Assembly (NCBI GenBank): GCA_965153455.1
Contig: OZ234493.1
Location: 16,978,213 to 17,042,212, forward strand
Reading direction: 5' to 3'
DNA length: 64,000 nucleotides
DNA from: Sphagnum compactum
Taxonomy: Eukaryota
Shown here: piece after piece, positions 27,313 through 41,418 of the stretch
How the letters are laid out: each line of letters starts with the position of its first letter
Numbering within the stretch: the first letter of the stretch is position 1
Program-made: the position numbers and the translations under genes
The notes under the pieces: model-generated
The model's database searches: none
Seen by the model: the letters and a program-made list of their open reading frames with translations, nothing else
Told to the model about the DNA's origin: nothing

Positions 27313-30300
27313 TGTCGCAACCCTAGCCTTGGGCTCGCGAGAGAGCGATTACAGAGGTCAAAACACCTTGCATGGAAGATTTCCTTATATCATTGGAAAG
27401 CTATTGAAGTGTAGATGTCTAAAATGGGCTCGCACGACCCATTTGGACATCTACAACACAAGTTATGATCAAAAGAAAGGCTGGTAGTCAAATTGGCAGC
27501 TTAACTCCCGACCACTAAAAGTCAGGAATCGACCCGACTCCCTCGCGTGCAGGTGGCGTATATTGTTGGAAAGCTCTCAACGAGGGCTACAATTTTGCTT
27601 CAGACTTCATTGCAATCGGAGGTCTACACGCGAAGTTATGCGCCCCCAAAGTCGCGGGAGTCCTAGCTGTGGGAATTTCGGGACTCCCATTTGGAAGTCC
27701 TGGGACAAAAAATCATTTGGGAGTCTTGGGACAAAAAGTCATTTGGGAATCCCGGGACAAAAAGCCATTTAGATGTGGCCCCCGTGGAGAGGCGCAGAGT
27801 ATACTATATGGGGGAAGGTGATGACTTCCCCCGAGTTTGGGTCGTGGTGAGTCTTGTGAGTTCGAGGTCGCCCGTGGCTCGTCCTAACACCAAAGGTGCT
27901 CCAACATTGTATTAACCAACGTGTTGGTTGGTTTGATGCGGATTCGAATGAATAAATAAATTGTTTGTCACTATTCTTAGTTTCATCCCGGAGTTCTAGC
28001 ACACCCTCTACCCCTTTAAAGTGTTGAGAGCCAGGGAGCGTTCCCCGAGCTTCTAACCTTTTCGCTGTTTCATACTTTAGACTCATCCTAAGTCTATCAA
28101 GGAGCTTGGGAGCGCGTCACGTGGTATCAGAGCTCTGGTAGAGCTCGATTCACTTTTTGGGAGTCTCGATGGCACCCAAGAAAACCCGTAAGCCAGCTGA
28201 AGAGACCATGGTGGAAGAACCCACCTAGAACCGAGAAGTTTCGCCTGAGTCTATTGGGGAGGAGGAACCAGAAGCCCAAGGGGAGCGCGGTGATCCTGAA
28301 AGTGAAGAGGAGCAACGAAACACAGTCCTCTTCACCCTGGAGTAATTGGAGGTCCTGCTCAAAATGAATAGGCCCGACTTCAATGAATTGGTTGTGGCCC
28401 TCAAAAGAGGATCATCCAAAAGTGCGGGATTCCAACCTGCTAAGCCTGGGAACTTCGATGGGGTTTGCGACCGAAAGTTTGTGGATGCTTGGCTTGTGGA
28501 AATGGAAGACTATATACATGCCGCCAAGGTTGGGCGATATTCGGCCGTGGAACTTGCCCAATCCTACTTAAAGGGTTATGCCTCCACCTAGTGGAGGACA
28601 TTGAAACAAGAGGAAGGGAAGAACCATGGTTATACTTGGGAATTCTTTAAAGAACGTGTCGAGTCAGAATTTATTCCAAAGAATTCTGACTACATTTCAA
28701 GGTGCAAACTCCGCGACCTTGTGAATGCTATAAATGACAACTTGCACCAATATGTGAGGGCATATTCCGAACTCATGTTTGAGATCTGGCACATGCATGA
28801 GCTGGATCGTGTGTGCCATTTTGTGATGGGGCTTCCAATTTGGGCCAAGCGTAAGCTTGAGGAGAATTGGCCTGCCTCACTATTCGAGGCCATCATGTAA
28901 ATGGAAGGCTTTTCGAATGTGGGACAAGGTGAAAAATCCGGGTTCAAGAAGGACAACAAGTTCCTTCACAAGAAACCACGCCATGAAAGGGAATGGAACC
29001 GAGGGCAAGACACCTCAAAGGGGAAATAACCCAAACAATTCCAAGGCTCAGGGTTCAAGCCCCAAAAGAAATTTTGTTAAGAAGGGGGCTCCTTTTAAAG
29101 CAAGCCAACCCAAGGGGGATGTTGGTGGGAAGCGTAAAAGAGCATGTTTTAACTGCAATGAAGTGGGGCATTACTCCAAAAATTGCCCCAAATCCAAATT
29201 GGGGAATGGGGGCTCTAAGGTAATTGCCCTCTTCGCCAACCTAGCCCAAGCTGAATGTAATTGCTTCATTTTCTTGAAGGGGAAGATTGCTAAGCGAGAT
29301 GTGTTGTGCCTTTTGGACATAAGGGTTTCACACAACTTCATAACCCAAGAAAGTGCCGAAAGGATGGAGCTCCAATTGGAGGAGCTCAAGGCACCCATTG
29401 AGGTGCACTTTGCGGATGGGGTTCCCCATCCCACTACGTTACAAGAGACATGCCTCTCCAACTAGGAAATTCAAAAGGAAAGGTGGATTTGTTGGTTTCC
29501 ACCTTTGGGGGGATGGATTGCATTTTGGGAATGGAATTCATCACCCATAATAATGTGCGCATAGAAGGGCGCAATAGATTAGTTAAAATCTCGGCCAAAA
29601 ACGGGATCGTGCGGGTGAAGGCACATGAAGTGCTTAGTGTGGGTGGATCAACCATCCATTTGATGTTAGGAAAAACTTGGGAAAAAAAATGCGTGGGAAG
29701 TTACGGCATGTTGTGTGTGATGCGGGTGTTGGATGAGTTTGAGCCTAAGGAAGCTACCAACTTGGTGACTTTTCCCAAGTGCATTGAACGAGTTTTGGAT
29801 GAGTTCCCGGATGTGATGCTCGAAGAACTATCCGAAGACTTGCCCCCAAGAAGACAAGTTGACCATGCAATAGAGGTGATGCCGGGAATGGCACCTCCCG
29901 CTAAGGCCCCATATCAAATGAGCCATGAGGAGCTGAAAAAACTTAAGGTTCAACTTGAAGAACTCCTCACAAAGGGATACATTAAACCAAACAAATCACC
30001 ATATGGGGCACCCGTCCTTTTTGTGAACAAAAAGGCTGGGACGTTGAGGATGTGTGTGGATTATAGAGCCCTCAACAAGGTGACGGTGAAGAACCGATAT
30101 CCATTACCTCGGATCGATGTTCTCTTTGATCGACTTTCGGGAGCTAAAGTGTTTAGTAAGATTGACCTACGTTCGAGGTATTACCAAATTTGAATTGCGG
30201 AAGGGGATGATGAAAAGACCGTTTGTCACACAAGGTATGGTTCATACAAGTTCTTGGTGATGCCTTTTGGGCTCACCAATGCACCCGCCACATTTTGCAC

Positions 30301-33300
30301 TCTCTTGAATGACATTTTCCGGGAATGGCTTGATGACTTCGTCATTGTATACATAGTCAACATTTTGATCTATAACGGCTCTATGGAGGAGCATGTGAAG
30401 TACCTTTGGAAGGTGTTCCAAAAGTTAAGGGAAAACAAATTGTATGCCAAGTTTGAGAAATGTGAATTTGGGGTGACAAAAGTGAACTTCCTTGGACATA
30501 GGATCATTCAAGAAGGCTTGGAGATGGATGATCACAAGATGAAGGCAATTTTGGATTGGGACCCGCCTAGGTCGGTCCCGGCCTTGAGATCCTTCTTAGG
30601 ATTGGCCTCTTATTATCGCAACTTCATCAAGAACTTTGCGAAGATAGCCGCACCTTTGACAAACCTTTTGAAGAAGTCTTTCGAAACTTACGAATGGGAT
30701 GGAACATGCAAGGAGGCCTTTGAAACCTTGAAAGGCATTTTGGTGAAAGCGCTAGTGTTGAAATTACCTGACTTTGACAAGATTTTGAGATTCACTTCGA
30801 TGCCTCCAACTTTGCGATTGGAGGAGTCCTAGTGCAAAATGGAAGGCTGGTGGCATTCGAAAGCAAGAAGTTGAGTGAGACGGAACGAAGGTGGCCAACA
30901 CATGAGAAGGAAATGTGGGCCGTCATACATTGTTTTAAGACTTGGGGCCATTAGATAGGTTCCAAAGATTTGGTGGTGTAGATTGACAATGTCACCTTGA
31001 AATACTTTACCACTCAGCCAAAGTTGTCATCAAAACAAGTGAGATGGCAAGACACATTGGCCTTATTCAATGTGGACAATCGACATAAGCCTAGGAAGGA
31101 AAACGTGGTGTTTGATGCTCCAAGTCGAAATCACCAACTTAAAGTGGTGTATGGGGGGGAAATAAAACTTCAAAAGGAAGTTTGATTAGCGAGTCGTCGT
31201 GACGAATTCACCAAGGAAGTGAGGCAAAACATTCAAAAGGGAATCAAGTCACACTTCCACTTGTGAAATGGACTATTGTGGTATAAGCAAAATCGTCTTT
31301 ATGTTCCGGAAGGGAGGATGAGGGAAGTGTTATTGAAGGAATGTCATGATGGGCCGCTTGCGAGCCATGGTGGTGCAAAACGCACCACAACATTCCTCAA
31401 GAAGTCCTACTATTAGCTTAATTTAAAAGACGATGCAGAGGAGTACGTGAAGACTTGCTTAACTTACCAACAAAATAGGACATTCAACAAGAAACAAGTA
31501 GGGTTGTTGCGACCATTACCGATTCCTAAAAGGCCGTGGGAAAGTGTGTCCATGAATTTCATGGTGAGCCTACCACCATCAAGGGGTTTTGATGCCATCA
31601 TGGTGGTGGTGGATCGATTTAGCAAGATGGCACACTTCATTCCCACCAAGGATAGTGCCACGACCCAAAAGACGAGAAGGTTGTTCTTCACGCACGTGTT
31701 CAAGCATCATGGCCTCCCAAAGGACATAGTCTCAGATTGAGACCCAAAGTTCACGAGCAAGTTTTGGCGAGCCCTATGGAAGCGCATGGGGTTGGAACTC
31801 AAGATGAGCACCTCTTTCCGACCCCAAATCGATGGACAAACCAAGAGGGTGAACTTGGTTATCCAACAATTCTTAATGAATTATGTGGCGACGGATCAAC
31901 AAGATTGGGTGGACCACTTGGAGTTGGCCGAATTTTGTTATAACAATTCGGAACATTCCGCAATTGGGTCCACCCCCTTTCAAATGGTGACAAGCAAGTC
32001 ACCAATTGTGCCGATGACTTGGGCAGCACATGGACAACCTCCAAGTGATGCAAATGAGGAAGTGCTGATGGTGACACAAGAAAAGAGGCAACTTTTGTGG
32101 GAGATGGCGAAGGCCAACTTGGAAAAGGCGCACAAGCGGTATAAGGATTTTGTGAACAAGTCCCGACGAAAGGTGAATTTTGAAGAAGGGGATGAAGTGT
32201 GGTTGAACATCAAAAATTTTCGATTGCCAGAAGGTTTGAACCACAAGTTCTTGGGCCCATATGCGGGTCCATTCTAAGTGTTGGAAAAGAAATTTCCCAA
32301 CACTTACAAGTTAGAACTACCGGAAAATCTTAGAGTTCATCCCACATTTCACGTTTCGCTTTTGAAGCCGGTCACCCGTGATGCCTCAAGGCCTAATCGA
32401 GAGCACAACTCAAGGCCCCCACCAGACTTGGTTCATAATGAACCAGAATTTGAAGTGGAAGCCGTGTTCAAGTCAAGGCAATTAAGGGGGTGAGAGAGGG
32501 AATACTTAGTTAAGTGGAAGGATACCATCCAATAGAGGCATTTTAGGTGAATGAATCCGATATGGAACATGCCCAAGAAGCCATAGAAGAATTCCACAAT
32601 AGACCGGCAAAGAAGCAAAAGAGACATAGAACGTGATGAAGACATCACCTTTCTTTTAGTGGGCAGGGAGTCACACAAATGTACCACATCAAGTTGCAAG
32701 TGAAATAAAGGTTTAAAAAATTCCAAGAGATTGCATCACAAACATAATGAATATTACAAAAAAGGGTTGTCAAATGGCATGGACAAATGGAACTCTCTTG
32801 CGTAAACCCAAATCAAAATCGGATTCCCACATTCAGGCTAAGAGAAACCTTGGCCCCAAAAGAGGAGGCAAGCAACGTGAGCTTGCGGGGACATGCACAT
32901 GTTCGAAGTGCATCCCAAAGGGTTAGTTGGTAGTGGCGGCCAACGCAGGAAGTCATGACTTCGTTCATGTACTATAATCGTGTAATTTGGGACTTGGGTT
33001 TTCGCAAAACCCAAATGTCGCTTCTCGTACCTTGATAAACATACCTTTAGTTAATGCTTGATTGTTGTGATCAAGGCGCAAGGTTAGGAAAGGAGTCATG
33101 TCAAGTAGCTTAGGTCAAGATTAGACTTGACTTGGGTGCTTCATGAGGGAAAGGATGGAATAATCGCCTCCCAAATGAGGGCTTCGTCAATTAGGCTAGT
33201 TTAGGTCTTTTGACGAAGTAAAGGTTAAAGGTTTTTATGAGACCTTCTTGGACTTGCCAAGGAAATGTTAGAAACTTGGGGACGCTTAAGTTAGCTTGAT

Positions 33301-34000
33301 GCAAGGTCTTGCTGCAAAAGTTGGCAATTCATGGCCAAGGATCCAAGTGAAAGCAATTGCATAAGGGAAATGGTTCTAAGTGTCAATGAGGACATTGACC
33401 TTTTCTTCTAGTGAGGGAGAGTGTCGCAACCCTAGCCTTGGGCTCGCGACCAATGCAAAAAAGGTTACAAGGGCGCGGGCCAGGAGGAGTGTGAGAGAGT
33501 GTGAGAATGATGACTCACACTCCTGAGTGAGTTCCCATTTTGGGAGTTGGAGTCCCAGTGGACTCCCGAACCTTTAAAGAACAATTATAGAGGTCAAAAC
33601 ACCTTGCATGGAAGAGTTCCTTATATCATCGGAAAGCTATTGAAGTGTAGATGTCTAAAATGGGTTTACACGACCCATTTAGACATCTGCAACATAAGTT
33701 ACGATCAAAAGAAAGGCTGGTAGTCAAATTGGCAACTTGATTCCTAACCACTAAAAGTTGGGAATTGACCTGACTCCTTTGCATGCATGTGGCGTATACT
33801 ATTGGAAAGCTTTCAACGAGGGCTATAACTTTGCTTCAAACTTCATCGCAATCGGAGGTCTACACGCGAAATTATGCGCCCCCAAAGTCGTGAGAGTCTT
33901 AGTTGTGGGAATTTCGGGACTCCCATTTGGAAGTCCCGGGACAAAAAGCCATTTGGGAGTCTCGGGACAAAACGCCATTTGGATGTGGCCCCCGTGGAAA
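27313..34000 (+). mobile_element. Ty3/Gypsy chromovirus-type LTR retrotransposon, near full length, inactive
   Basis: 5' LTR 27313-28119 (TG...CA), PBS TGGTATCAGAGC at 28122-28133 (tRNA-iMet), gag-pol relic, PPT at ~33410-33421, and 3' LTR from 33422 truncated at ~34000. Confidence 0.95.
28169..32636 (+). pseudogene. gag-pol polyprotein pseudogene (gag, CCHC, protease, RT, RNase H, integrase, chromodomain)
   Basis: CFNCNEVGHYSKNC zinc knuckle; LLDIRVSHNFI protease; RT motifs [23 protein letters not shown] and YIVN (catalytic YIDD mutated); integrase PWESVSMNF..VVVDRFSKMAHF..RPQIDGQTKR; GPY/F motif; C-terminal EFEVEAV..REYLVKWK chromodomain. Multiple stops and frameshifts. Confidence 0.95.
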
Positions 34001-34484
34001 GTTCCTAACTATAAAATAAAGTTTAAAAAAAAAAAGATTTTTCATATAAGTTTATCATCTTGTATTACACTATATATTATTACCTAATGAAAAATTTGGA
34101 ATAAGAATATCAATATAATTTTTTTAATTTTGCGATCTTTCAATCAAATGACTAATCCATATTTTTCAACTTCAAAAGTCCATTATTACTAACAAATGAG
34201 TTTTTTATTAATATTAATTATCACACAATTCTTTTCATAATAAAATTGTTAATTTAGATCCAAGTCCCAATTAGTAATTCAAAAATATATTAATTCTCAT
34301 ATGCATTTGAATAAAAGATACTCAAGAAAAAAACATCGTTTCATCACAAAAGTAAAGCACTCGATTGTTCACCTACCCCAAAGCAGTTATAAGTTTTCTT
34401 CATGAAGTACATTTGTTTTCTTTACTGAAAAAACTTGACCTGATTATAGTGATAGATTCCAAGGCACATCAAAAGATGGATAGG

Positions 34485-34968
34485 ATCAATGCAAAATGCA
34501 ATACCTCAGTGCAACTTCTATGGGATAAAAGTACTTAATTTGATGGGAAGTTTTTCTGCAGTTCTGGGAGGTCAGATAGAGAAACTATGGCAGGAGTTCT
34601 TGTGTCCTCAGCAATTGAACATCAATCATGTCAGAGTTCATATGTCAATGGATCCATAGCTCTTGTTGGTGTCAATTGTGTTGCTCTCTCTTGGTTGCTA
34701 TCCTGCCATGTCCTAAACTTTGGCAGAAATTCTTTGGCACTGGTCAAATAGTAGTAGTCAATATCCTGTGACATAATTCTTTGCTGTATACAGAAGATCA
34801 GTGATGCTTTCTCTGTTCTTATGATTGCATTTATTCGTGGGATGTGGAGAAGACATGACTGATCAGTTTGATCCGGATTTCTGGTTGTACGCAAATGAAT
34901 GGTCCCCAGATTCCAAACATAAGAACACCCAGGAAGCACTTAGGCTAGAGGTGCGACAAAACCCAACA
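34485..34968 (+). pseudogene. Isolated duplicate of the OSB/PDF-motif exons and intron of the PPR-DYW gene family
   Basis: Clear nucleotide homology to ~55370-55905, including the intron. Encodes GGQIEKLWQEFL and ANEWSPDSKHKNTQEALRLEVRQNP. No PPR repeats follow. Confidence 0.75.
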
Positions 34969-37085
34969 TTTATCCATTCATACCTGGTCACAAGGAGGAG
35001 CAGAGGTGCAGGGCCTTGGCTAGTTCAATTTTGCTGCCCACAATCAGGCAAGGTGGCAACTCTCCTGTAAGATTTATGGTTATCAATTTATGCCTACTGC
35101 AGTTAATTTGCCAGTCTAAGATAAGCGTTGTCCATATTAGGGCACTCTGCCACTGTAGGTTGTCGTGAAGACTTCGTGGCGAACTACAGGGAGTTCTGTA
35201 GTTTTATTTCTCAAATGCACATACATGTCTGACAGCAGTTTAGGTTGTTCTAATCCATGAGTGCACTCTTTGCTGCTGTCAGGTGATTTGAACTGACCAG
35301 GTCTTCCTTTGACACCTTTAATCCACACTTTTGGGATCGAGGAAGAGGAGACTAAGCCCTGTGTTCAACGTCTGAACTATGATGATGACCAGTGGCTGCA
35401 AGAGTATGTGCTCCCATTAAGAGGGATCTAGAGAATCCATATCTGAGAGCTTTGTGAAATGTAATCCGGGTTACCAAGAACACAAATATGACATTGAAGT
35501 GAGCACTCCTGATGAAGGTTGGTTCCCAAATGTATCAAATAGATCTATTGTACGTTTTGTACCAGCCACTGAAGGCAACTTTTGAATTTGGCATACAAAT
35601 TCAAGATGTGAAAACTCATGAGAGTTATTGTCTCATTTGTTCCCTCTTTGCTGATATGTTCATAGATCTGAAATCTCTCTCGCCTTAGAACTAGGTTATT
35701 TTTCAACTCTATTCAGGTGAAACACTGGTCTGTGGTTAGGGATGTTTGAGCTCCAAAGTACTTTGTAGTTAATTATAATAAACTTTGGAGTACAATTCTC
35801 ATGAGTGTTGTGCAGGGTTGTCGATTGTTTCTCTGATATCTATTCAATTGCAGCATTTGTCCAGGCCTTTCAGGCTGGTTCATTAAGATTAAGCAAACAG
35901 GGTACTCAGTGTGTGTCATTAATGTTTCTAACAGCTAGTGATCAAAGGCATTGACCAATGGATGGGCAGTTGCAGGTTTATTTACAAAATCTTCTGGTTT
36001 ATTCCTCAATTATCCCTTTGACAGCAAAGCATGCAGCCATGCCCCTTAACGTTTGTTTGTATCAATGGATCCGAGCCATGTGATTAGGACCATCATGCGT
36101 TTCCTCATTGGCTTGTCCTCAATGCTGTCCTGGATCATCACACAACTGCCTCAATTCATCAGTGACTGGAGATTGCTAAGTGCAGAAGCACCACCTCCTT
36201 GGTTCCTCTTCCAATGGCTTGCAGTAAATAATCATCTTCCATGTGTATCCATCCATCCCACCCATTGCCACATCCTCAAAACATTCATATTTCTCTGGTT
36301 CTTTGACCCTGAGGGCCTTAGGTTGAGGTCCAACTAACCGGAAGAGGAAGTAATTCAGCATTGATGCAATTCTCTCCACCTGCCAATTTGAACTCACTGC
36401 TGAGAGGAGGGGACTGAAGTGAGTTTTGAAACTTTGGGCATGTTTTTGGCAACTGAATTCCCAATTACGCTCAAGGGTTTTTTCTGTTTTATCCACTGCA
36501 CCTTTATGCTAACCCAGGCATTTACAGATCTCTGAAGTAATGCTGCTGCTTTCTATCAAATAATTGCAGCATGGTCTTAATATAATTTTTCATGTTCCAG
36601 GTGTCAGTATACCCAACTTCAGCCTCCACATGGACAACAGCAAACCAGTAACATCTCTCAGCATTGGCCTAGTTTTCCTCAATGATCTCTGCATATTTAG
36701 TGCTTGGGATCTATGCCATGTCTATTATTTTCTATTATTTATCCTTGCTTGCAAAAGAAGCTACTCCGTTCCATTTTCATTCTGCTGTGGATGATAGTAA
36801 ACATTGTATTCTTGCAAGACAGGGAAAGAAGAAGGTGACAACAGGCAGCAAGGCAGCAGAACAGTAAGATTGTATCTCAGGACTGCCTCAGCAAGTGTAT
36901 GTACTTGTCCCTTTCTCAGATGTACATATTGGTGTGTATATGCCTGTTCCACACTGGCTTCAACCTTTGTCAAGCATGTGCTATTATTTCTAAGATTTCC
37001 TGTCATTTCACCATGACAATCTGGAAAAAACCTTCATGCTTTTAAGCTTCATTGTGGTCTTTTTGTTCAGTTTCTTGATCTTCAG

Positions 37086-37410
37086 AATGCAATTTCCTCT
37101 GAGATTCTTGAGAGGAAGTGGAGTGCATGGGGCCAAGCTCTTCTTTCAGGACCTTGGATACTATTTCAATTTGAGTCTTTACAAGACAAACCATTCAAGC
37201 TTATTTACACGGGTCATGTCTCTGGGAAGGGAAAACCATCAGCAAAAGCGTCTGAAGACAATGATCCTCAGAGGGTTGGAAAAGGAACTTGGGAGGTCAA
37301 ATCTGCTGATTTCAAGAGCTCACCTTCGAAATTTCTGAGTGAACATGAATTTGAGAATGATGGTGATGATGTCATAGGCAACAAGGATGCTGCAAAGCAA
37401 GTGGAAACAG
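37086..37410 (+). other. Probable coding exon of an unidentified, possibly degraded, multi-exon gene (~35.3-38.4 kb)
   Basis: Polypyrimidine tract and CAG acceptor, then ~108 stop-free codons (NAISSEILERKWSAWGQALLSGPWILFQFESLQDKPFKL...DAAKQVET) ending at AG|GT. Neighbouring exon-like blocks contain stops. Confidence 0.4.
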
Positions 37411-40400
37411 GTCATCTGTCATCCTGGACTTATGCAAAATAATTTTCCTTTTGCCTTTGAGGGTACTCCCTGTATATAGTCAATGAATGGACATGGTTGA
37501 ACACTGAAGTACTGTGCTGACCTGAACATGTTGCCAGGATACATAGCTTTTGAATTTGTAAACATTGGAAATCAATCATTGCTTTCTTTGCAATACTGCT
37601 TCTGTGTACCTTTCTAGTAAAGATGTGCATGTGCAGATAAGCTTTCTGTTGTGTACAGTCAATCTCGAGGAACTGTGAAGTGGGCGAACCGGTTGTGCTT
37701 TCGTGCATTTTTTAAGGCTATCATCCTATGTTTCCTGTGGCATAAAAAAATTCATGTGAGAATATTAGTAAGGCTTACGGAGACAAAGATGCAGAAAACT
37801 CTATCGAGGAAAATGTATATGGAGTGTCATGGTTTCAGGAAGACCAGATTCAAGGAACATGGCTGTAGGTGCTGCTGCTGATGATAACCAGCCTGTCGTC
37901 AGGCTCCTATCTTCATCTCACTATTGTCCTCTACATTTCTTGTTTCCATTGATCAAACACATTGAGACTACTAGTAGAGATAGTGTCATATGGCCCCAGT
38001 GCTATCAGACTTACTGCAAGGCATAGAGAGATGTGGCAAAGACTGTCTCGTGGCCGTTGGGCTCTGTTGGGACAAAGCATCTTCATTTTGTTTCTTGCTT
38101 GTTAGAACCGAGGATTTCTTGTTCCCTATCTTCAAGAGACCATAGGTCACCCGCGCTTCAGTATACTACAAGCCGTCAGATGGAGGTTTCTGCGTTGAAA
38201 TTAGTGTCATCAATTCCTTGGTGGTTCGTTGTGTAGAATCTGCAATCTTATGATTCTATCTTTCTGTGAGGTGGGTGCATGTTTATGTTTGTGGATGTTT
38301 GGATGAATTCAGACTAAAGCATGATCACCCAGAGGCTCTGTTGCAGGACATGTGGAGAAGGCAAAGACAGATGATACGCTGATTTTGTATGCTGCACTGA
38401 GTCAACTGCAATCATTCCTTGAGCAAGTAACTTTTCAGATGAATACTTCAACCTCAGGATGTTGGTAATTGATTTGTAGTACCGCTGGGAGTTGTTTGGG
38501 GTTGAGCATTAACCACCATTCTGCTGTTAAAGATGCAAGGTGAATCATGTTGGCTGCCTAAGTGATATTGGAACATAAGAGGAGGGATGAATTTCAAATT
38601 AAGCACATAATGTCCTAAGATTACTTCCCTGTGAGTTCATGTCATGATCATGTGGGTTTGTTTTGGGCTCTTGTGGGACTAGGGTTGTGTACGAAGAGAG
38701 ATAAGCTGATTTGTTTCACTACTTTGAATGCTTGGGGCTGATTTACAAGGTCAATTGAAATCCCCTTTAAATCAGCTTTGGGACGAGTTAAGGCATTCTA
38801 CCACTGGGAGATTTGTACTGTTTAGGCCTTTGTGTACTTAGCCTTAGATTTTGCTTGTTTAAGGATGAGCTAAAAGGGAAATGGAAATGAAGTTTAATGT
38901 TTAAACCCCACAAGCTTGTCACAAGTTGAATGAGGATGCTATGAAACTGTAGATTCTCTGTGGCTCAAGTGCGCTGCTGAATGTCATGACTGAGTTTTGC
39001 CTCTGTTTCCAGAAATGCACCAGAAACTCAGTACAGTCATGTTTATGTAATAGTCTACCCAAAAGTAGACACCCCTGCTCATAGATAAGCTGCCCCTGAA
39101 CATGATTCCCAAAAACCCTCAAATTCTTTGAATTGTCAGAGTGGACAACTGCACCTATTGGACCCTATATCTGCTTCACTCATACCACTTCTGATTTACA
39201 TCAAACTAAAATTATACAAGTTTGATTGGAACATCACCAAAGGGCACTTTTCCTTCACCCTAGGCAAATTTTTAGTAATCTACTCCCATCAAACCTCACA
39301 TCAATTTAGACATTGAATCTGTAAATATGTGTACATGACCATCACAAAACACCACAACAACCACTCTCATTCACAAGGCTACTGTAGGGAATATTTCCTT
39401 TACCCTCATGATGAGCAACCTTTCCCTTTCTTGGTTTATCAGCTCACCATCATTATCTTCACATGAATTCTTCACACATCTTTGAAGCTTCTTGTTTATC
39501 AAATTTCCTCCATCAATGGCTTGGTCTTCCTTTTATCAGTATGAAACTTGTTGACGGTGCTTTCCATGTTCCCATTGCTGACCAATGTCACTCTCTAATC
39601 ATGCTCCTGGGAGTCCAAATACTGTTTTGGATTCCCATGAGTCATGGATATTCTGGGAACACAACATAGGGAGCAGCTCAAGAAGGGTGTTGAGAAGGGA
39701 GCCAATTTGATCAAGCTAGCAGAGCATTGATCCTTGAGAAGGGATGTAAGGCATGCATTGAAGCAGTTCTACTGAACCTAAAACACTGCTTTGAGTCACA
39801 CTGCAAGGCTGAAGTTCAGGCTGTAGAATAGAGCTGGTCACACAAAGTGAACTACTTACGTCAACATGAAAAGTTCAATCAACAGCAAAATGATCTTGCA
39901 CCTATCAAAGTATTCCAACGCCTACCTTTCTACTAACAAAATGCAGAGTTTTCAAGCTAAATCAGCATTCTAGGGGTAGCTAGTTGCTGCTTAAGAAAGC
40001 CAATATTTGAAGTATACACAAAGTTGGGGATGACTTGCACCCACTCAATTTTCTAGGTCAGTGAACAAAACTGCGATGCCAAGCCAGGTAGAGAAGATGG
40101 CATTACCTCCATCAGTGCCAAGTGCCACTCCTGGCTGTGATGACAGCAAATTTAAAGAACACAGCTGCATAATAGCACATCTCAAATGTATCTGGGGGAA
40201 GAGAGCTGTAGATGTGTCTTCCGGAATGATACACAGACTACCCACATGATAACCATGCCCAGCCACAATGTGGTGACACTGCACAACAATGTGCTGGATG
40301 TGATCAAATAGTCATTGAGCAAAGAACCCTCCAGGAATAAAAGACTTGAGGAAATCATCGGAGAAAAGAAGTGAAGGAATGTACAGCAGTCTGAGTTTTC

Positions 40401-41418
40401 ACCAGGCTCAGGAAAGTCTTTGAGTATTCCTCACTGTTCATGGAATTCTGATTCAAAAGATCCACACAAGGTATTAACATCACAAGCTGGAACCTCTCAG
40501 CATCTCCAAGTGTGCATGCTTCTATTTTTCTTTCATGCAAAACAGCTCAATGGATAGACCCAAGACCGGAATCCTTAAACTTAACCAGTCTATCCTTGTT
40601 GATTCAGGAAGGGTCTTATTGAAAATGTATAAGATGGTTGAATCACATACAACTAGGTAGGTCCTAATCAATACATACCATCTGTGGGAGAGGTAGGAGA
40701 CCATTGGAACTATAACCCTGAAATTTCACACAGAAAAAATTAGGCCTGGTATCTTCCAAAACTTCAAAGCATACCAGCCAACCTGCATTTTGCCCAGAAA
40801 CAACACTGCACGACACCAACATTTGTACCTTGTCCAGAAGAGGAACAACATGCTGAAGGTGATACAAAACCAAGCGCATTGGCAAGATAGCATTGTCCAT
40901 GCAGCTATTCAATCCTTCCTTCTCAATTCCTGTTTTCCACACAGCCTGGATTCCCACAAGTAAAGGCATTAGTTGATGTTTTACAACCCATGAACTTGAG
41001 CTTGAACCAACTACAAATTAAGTTGACTGATGTCTCAACAAGCTTTTGATTACTTTAACGTAAAGATCAAAGTCATTACACTAGTGGCTAGGACTCATCA
41101 TGGTGCCTTGAAAGTAGTTTTGGGTTGAATTCACTACAAGGTCGTGCTAAATGATGGGCAGGAGCACATGGATACATGAAGGTCACTGGTAAATAGGTCA
41201 TCAAAAAAGTACAAAACGATTTAGGGTTTAGGGTCACACAATCTACTATAATCCACATTGGTCCAATTGTGTGAAACTCTTGCGACCTGCTGAATGGTAC
41301 ACATCAAATTTAGAATAAAAGTCAGAATCAAAGCCAGGTTCAGCAGATGTTCGAAAACACAGTCCAAAAAGGGATTTAACTACTCACCAAGAGAGTAAGG
41401 GCAAGCTCATTGCAAACA

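Noticed and set aside
32754-33332. Possible antisense extra ORF between pol and the 3' LTR of the Gypsy element
   Set aside because: The ATG-to-TAA frame of 193 codons contains 8 internal stops, about the random expectation and far more than the stop density in gag-pol.
38900-41000. Minus-strand exon-like blocks downstream of the nuclease gene
   Set aside because: All frames read are interrupted by stops and no family motif was recognised; may be UTR exons or pseudogene debris.
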